Shown: positions 59,993-64,000 of the stretch, in pieces
Layout: every line of letters begins with the position of its first letter
Position numbering within the stretch: position 1 is the stretch's first letter
From: Lentisphaeria bacterium UBA1724
GTDB taxonomy: Bacteria; Verrucomicrobiota; Lentisphaeria; Oligosphaerales; Oligosphaeraceae
Direction of reading: 5' to 3'
NCBI GenBank assembly: GCA_002315885.1
Contig: DCIO01000110.1
Span: 201 to 64,200 of the forward strand
Length of the DNA: 64,000 nt
Program-made: the position numbers and the translations under genes
The notes under the pieces: model-generated
The model's database searches: none
Seen by the model: the letters and a program-made list of their open reading frames with translations, nothing else
What the model was told of the DNA's origin: nothing

Positions 59993-62900
59993 ATGACTAC
60001 CTTCAAAAAACTGTCTTCTCGTCTTCTGTCTGTTGGCGTCTTGCTGTTGGTTTCCTGTGTCGTTTGGGGCAATTGGACGCTGGAGTGCGTCTCGGGTTCC
60101 ATTATCAATGGGAAATTCTATGAGAACATCTATATGGATGGCTTCTCTGACCAGGGTGCGATGCGGATATATGTCTCAACGGACAGCGAAAATCTGAATT
60201 CGCTTTCGTTGTCTTTCGAGTACCCCGAAAGTGGCAATATCTCAAATGCGGTAATGGAGTGGGGAGAGGACGTCCCTCCAGGATCGGGTGATGGTGAGGC
60301 GTCTTTTTACGAGGATTATGACCGTATTGATATTGTTCTTTCCATGCCTTCACGAGGGGATGTCTTTATTCCCGCAGGAACGTCCAGAAAACTCGTGGGG
60401 ACGGTCTATTATGACATTCTATTCCCTGAAAGCGACTTAAATTTCCCCACTCCTATAGTAAATGCCGCATATACGACGAAAAATCAGCCGTACAAAAGTA
60501 GCGTCAATGTCACTGGTCCTAGTGATGTGGAGGTGATTTCTGGATTTAATTTCAGGACGTTGCAGGGCTCTGGCTATGGCATTAAGTCGTATTCTAGCCT
60601 GACGATTGATCCAACCGATGATAGTCATTTTGAGTGTGTTTCTTGGAATGGCAGCGCGCTTGTTCCGTCGGATGAAGTCAAATTTGTCGATGCCTCGACA
60701 AGTGCTTCTGGCATTTTGACGATTCGGGATGGGAAAATCATCTATGAGCCATCCGGCTTTTTCGGGGAGGCGATAATCTCCTACCGGGCGGCTTCCACGA
60801 ACCCCGACATTACCTCGGAAATCGAGGGAGAGGTGACAGTTACTGTCGCGGAAAATATCCCCGAATGGCAAATTGATTTGGTGGCGGGCTCTATCGTCAA
60901 TGGCGAATTTTTCCCTGGACAATACCTGAAAAATATCTCGACTTACGTAGCGACACAGGTCTATGTCACGACAGATGACAATGCATTGAATTCCCTGTCC
61001 CTTGGTTTTAAGCTACCCTCCAATTTGACCTGCGACCATGTCGAGTGGGGCGAGGGGCTCCCGCCTACTTCGGGAAACGCGGATTGGGATGTTGAAGCTG
61101 ATCGCAGCCTTTCAATCCTAGGCTCCATGTCTTCGCGTTCCATGCCTTTTATCCCCGCCAATAGCACGCGCAAATTGCTGGCGACAATCTTCTATAATCC
61201 CGCCTCACAGGAAGGGGAACTCGCCCTAACTAATCTCCCGACGGTCCATGCAGCCTATTCCACGCAAAATCAGAATTGCAAGAATTTCTTCGCCTTCGGT
61301 AATCAGAAGGATATGAGTGTCGGTGAGGGCTTCTATTTCGGAACGAAACAGAATTTCACCATGCCTGTGAGCAGTTTCTTGGCAACCCAGGCAAATGACG
61401 CATCTCATTTCGATTGCAAAATCTGGGATGGTAAGCAACTCGCTCCTTCCGGTGATGTCAAGTTCTCCGCCGCCAGTGCGGATTGGGGTGGCGTGGTGAC
61501 CCTGCTGGATAATGGCACACTCTTCTTCGTTCCAAGTGACAGTTTTGCCGGTGTTGAGACGGTCTCCTATGAGGTGACGGCAAAGGTCCTGGGACATGAT
61601 GCAACGCTTCGTGGTACGTTTGATGTTACGGTTCAGGCCCCCTCTTCACCTGCCTCTGCAATTACGGTGGATGCGGAAGGGAATTTCACTGTGGATACAC
61701 AGGAAGATTTTCCCATTGAATATGGCACTCCGCTCCCCTATATCCCGGGACAGATCGCCATCCATTCGGACAAATCTCTCATCATAGATACAGAGCTTCA
61801 TTCTGGAAAAGATGTCAATTTGCAGGCATGCCAGGATGTGGTGTCGTGGGGTGACATCGAGACCGAGGGCAATGTCAGGATTTCTGCGGGGAACGATGTA
61901 AACTTGTGTGGTGATGTATTTTCCGAGGGCTGTGTGGAGATTGAATCATACGGTAGCATTTGTGTCTCTTCGGACATTGATGCCTGGGACGGTGATGTCT
62001 CGCTTTCCGCAGAAAAGGATATCGAGAGCTGGGGACATATTACCAGCGCAAATGGTGTCACTCTAAAGGCGCGTGGGAATATCGCAGTGCAAGGGGATGT
62101 GGAGGCCTGGAATGACATTTCCATCGCTTCTTATGAGGGAAATGTCGGAACGATGGGCAATTTGCGGGCTGGCGTTGATATTGTGATTGACGCCGCTGGC
62201 GATGTGAAATGCATGGGCGATATTGAAGCGGGATATGACGTTGTTATCTGTTCATCCCACGACATCGAACTCACGGGGAAAGTGCGGCTTGACGATCCTG
62301 ATGGCCATGTGGACATATATGCCTATGGCGATCTCCTGATTGGCAATGGCTGTTTTACGGGTTTCAAGGGCAATCTGAATATCCGGGCAGGACGTCAGAT
62401 TACCATTGGCGAAGGCGCTTTTGAGAACGCGAAGATTGGCGATTTGGATTTCACCCACAACTATCTATCCATTGAACGAAATGCCTTCAAGGGCTGTTCT
62501 GGGTTGCGTTCAATCGGGTTGTCCTTCTTTACCCGTCTTTACGATTCTGCTTTTGCGGGATGTGTTGATTTGGAAAAGGTTTATCTGCCCTCGGACCAGG
62601 TGCTGGCATCCTTCCCTGACAATGCCTTCGAGGGGTGCAAGAGCAACCTGACCTTCTATGTCAATTCCACGGGCCCCGAGGGGACGACCTGGAATGGCTA
62701 TGCCGTGTTCTACGTGAAGGGGAAGGGCACAACCGAAGCCTTGCAGGAGAATGTCAGCAAAATCAGCGAGGATTTGAGCGGTTTGCAGCAGAAATGCGAG
62801 TCAATCGCCCCCATGCAGGAGGCTGTCAATCAGTATTCAATTGAAATTGAGACCCTGAAGAGTGCGAATACCCAGAAGGATGCGACCATCGCCGAATTGA

Positions 62901-63277
62901 CGCAGAGAGTGGAGGTCCTGGAACAAGAATTGACGTCCTTGCTTGAGGTGCTTCGGAGTGGCGAGCCAAAACAGGTCTTGACCGCTACCTCTGGAGGAAA
63001 CTTCGACTGGGTAGAATTGCCGACGGACTTCACTTACGCCACAAATGATAGCTTCCGCCTGAAGCCCGGATGGAATATGCTCTCCATGCCTGAACTGGAA
63101 ATGACCAAGGAGAGCATTGATGAATTCCTGAAGCACGGATTCTTCTATCATTACAACGAAGTGAACAAGACATACGAAAAATTGAAGGACAATCGCCTGG
63201 CTCCCAGAGAGAGCTACTGGTTCTATCTGAACGATAACTTCGACTGCACAATCCACTTCAGAACACTCGAAAAGTAG
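59993..63277 (+). CDS. Giant surface/adhesin-like protein: 2 x (cohesin-like + Ig-like) modules, beta-helix repeats, BspA-type LRR, coiled coil, C-terminal domain
   Basis: 1094 aa with N-terminal signal/anchor LLSVGVLLLVSCVVWG. Internal duplication (residues ~27-300 vs ~300-570). GD[VI]-rich beta-helical repeats ~590-790. LRR NAFKGCSGLRSI...SAFAGCVDLEKVYLP. Heptad region ~905-975. AT-richer than neighbours. Confidence 0.75.
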   Translation: MTTFKKLSSRLLSVGVLLLVSCVVWGNWTLECVSGSIINGKFYENIYMDGFSDQGAMRIYVSTDSENLNSLSLSFEYPESGNISNAVMEWGEDVPPGSGDGEASFYEDYDRIDIVLSMPSRGDVFIPAGTSRKLVGTVYYDILFPESDLNFPTPIVNAAYTTKNQPYKSSVNVTGPSDVEVISGFNFRTLQGSGYGIKSYSSLTIDPTDDSHFECVSWNGSALVPSDEVKFVDASTSASGILTIRDGKIIYEPSGFFGEAIISYRAASTNPDITSEIEGEVTVTVAENIPEWQIDLVAGSIVNGEFFPGQYLKNISTYVATQVYVTTDDNALNSLSLGFKLPSNLTCDHVEWGEGLPPTSGNADWDVEADRSLSILGSMSSRSMPFIPANSTRKLLATIFYNPASQEGELALTNLPTVHAAYSTQNQNCKNFFAFGNQKDMSVGEGFYFGTKQNFTMPVSSFLATQANDASHFDCKIWDGKQLAPSGDVKFSAASADWGGVVTLLDNGTLFFVPSDSFAGVETVSYEVTAKVLGHDATLRGTFDVTVQAPSSPASAITVDAEGNFTVDTQEDFPIEYGTPLPYIPGQIAIHSDKSLIIDTELHSGKDVNLQACQDVVSWGDIETEGNVRISAGNDVNLCGDVFSEGCVEIESYGSICVSSDIDAWDGDVSLSAEKDIESWGHITSANGVTLKARGNIAVQGDVEAWNDISIASYEGNVGTMGNLRAGVDIVIDAAGDVKCMGDIEAGYDVVICSSHDIELTGKVRLDDPDGHVDIYAYGDLLIGNGCFTGFKGNLNIRAGRQITIGEGAFENAKIGDLDFTHNYLSIERNAFKGCSGLRSIGLSFFTRLYDSAFAGCVDLEKVYLPSDQVLASFPDNAFEGCKSNLTFYVNSTGPEGTTWNGYAVFYVKGKGTTEALQENVSKISEDLSGLQQKCESIAPMQEAVNQYSIEIETLKSANTQKDATIAELTQRVEVLEQELTSLLEVLRSGEPKQVLTATSGGNFDWVELPTDFTYATNDSFRLKPGWNMLSMPELEMTKESIDEFLKHGFFYHYNEVNKTYEKLKDNRLAPRESYWFYLNDNFDCTIHFRTLEK

Positions 63278-63313
63278 TTCCGGGAGGCGCACAGAAATAC
63301 CATAGGATTGGTA

Positions 63314-64000
63314 ATGTCATCAATCAAAAATTCAATTCAGATTGCCTTGCGTGCAACGTTGTTCTATGTTGTCATGCTCTGTGCCCAGGGGCTTTTTGCA
63401 AATTGGTCTCTGGACATGGTTTCTGGCTCCGTTGTCCAGGGGGAATTCATGGAAGGCAGTTACATCAATGGAATATCCACTGATGCTGCCGTCCAGATTT
63501 ATCTCACGACCGATGAAAAGGCCTTGCGTGGTATCTACACCCTCATGGAACGTCCCACTAATGCGACTTGGAAAAAGGTCGTCTGGGAGAATGTTTTGCA
63601 GAATGATGCAGGCAAGCCTCTGTCTTCTTTGACTGCCCCTCAGACTCAGGTCAAGATTGAGGCGGGGCCTGGTGGAACCGCACTTTCCGCCAATACCGGT
63701 CGTGTCCTGGTTGGCACCATCTATTACAAGATTGATGAAGTGATTAAGGACTCTCTTGCTCTTTCCTTTGTTTCAATTCAGGCTGCTAATACTCCTGGTG
63801 GTGATAATTACAAGACCAAAGTTAGTGTCACTGGTCCTTCTGCCTTGTTTCTCCTGGAGGCCTTCAATTTCTCCACGATTGACGAGAACCCCTTTGAGAT
63901 GGACGAGGATGGGGATCCCTTGGTCATCGATGCGGCGGATGGGGACCACTTCGAGGCATCCGCCTGGAATGGCACCGAAGTTGTCGCCACAACTGATGTG
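63314..64000 (+). CDS. Paralogous surface protein, N-terminal part (runs off window end)
   Basis: Not in the ORF track because no stop is reached. ATG at 63314, open for 229 codons to nt 64000. MSSIKNS...FANWSLDMVSGSVVQGEF...VLVGTIYYKI...KVSVTGPS... aligns with the first module of the 1094-aa protein. Confidence 0.7.
   Translation, partial: MSSIKNSIQIALRATLFYVVMLCAQGLFANWSLDMVSGSVVQGEFMEGSYINGISTDAAVQIYLTTDEKALRGIYTLMERPTNATWKKVVWENVLQNDAGKPLSSLTAPQTQVKIEAGPGGTALSANTGRVLVGTIYYKIDEVIKDSLALSFVSIQAANTPGGDNYKTKVSVTGPSALFLLEAFNFSTIDENPFEMDEDGDPLVIDAADGDHFEASAWNGTEVVATTDV

Overview
GC-rich bacterial chromosomal segment. A prepilin-like HX9DG-type protein, scattered T2SS pseudopilins and several giant secreted glycan-active proteins suggest a PVC-superphylum organism, Lentisphaerota/Victivallales-like or Kiritimatiellota-like; this is inference, no search was run. 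I can support about 47 CDS and one tRNA-Asn.

Gene blocks:
(1) 1-10.4 kb: housekeeping genes (folP-cdaA-ybbR-miaA, an L,D-transpeptidase, accA, an OPT transporter).
(2) 10.45-12.1 kb: an AT-rich single-gene AAA-ATPase cassette flanked by direct repeats.
(3) 12.1-27.8 kb: a minus-strand glycan-degradation-like locus with five large or unknown secreted proteins and an IclR regulator.
(4) 28-32.5 kb: miscellaneous genes.
(5) 32.7-39.6 kb: purA-hisFH-guaA-purB-purC.
(6) 40-43.4 kb: XRE/cupin regulator, acyl-CoA synthetase, orphan OppD-like ATPase.
(7) 43.5-44.6 kb: an AT-rich DUF3990-DUF3791-DUF3791 operon next to tRNA-Asn.
(8) lexA with a coupled unknown membrane protein, then gspFGH-ruvAB.
(9) 52.3-59.7 kb: a co-directional HflK-like/HflC/HflK/P-type ATPase/ABC-ATPase cluster. 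The ATPase lacks the CPx metal motif.
(10) 60-64 kb: AT-richer paralogous giant surface proteins.

The most unusual thing I can see directly is the non-coding architecture:
- A hairpin-bearing ~41-bp interspersed element has 7 copies, all on the same strand, with a compensatory stem change. Two copies are inserted in frame inside a CDS.
- Heptamer/nonamer tandem arrays recur in fixed orientation right after stop codons or right before start codons.
- There are several other tandem hairpin arrays.

Candidate novel systems, in my order of interest:
1. The repeat-element/array system.
2. The SPFH plus non-canonical P1B-ATPase cluster.
3. The DUF3990/DUF3791 operon.
4. The AAA-ATPase cassette with its phased repeat array.

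All family names are from memory of sequence motifs. No database search was possible.
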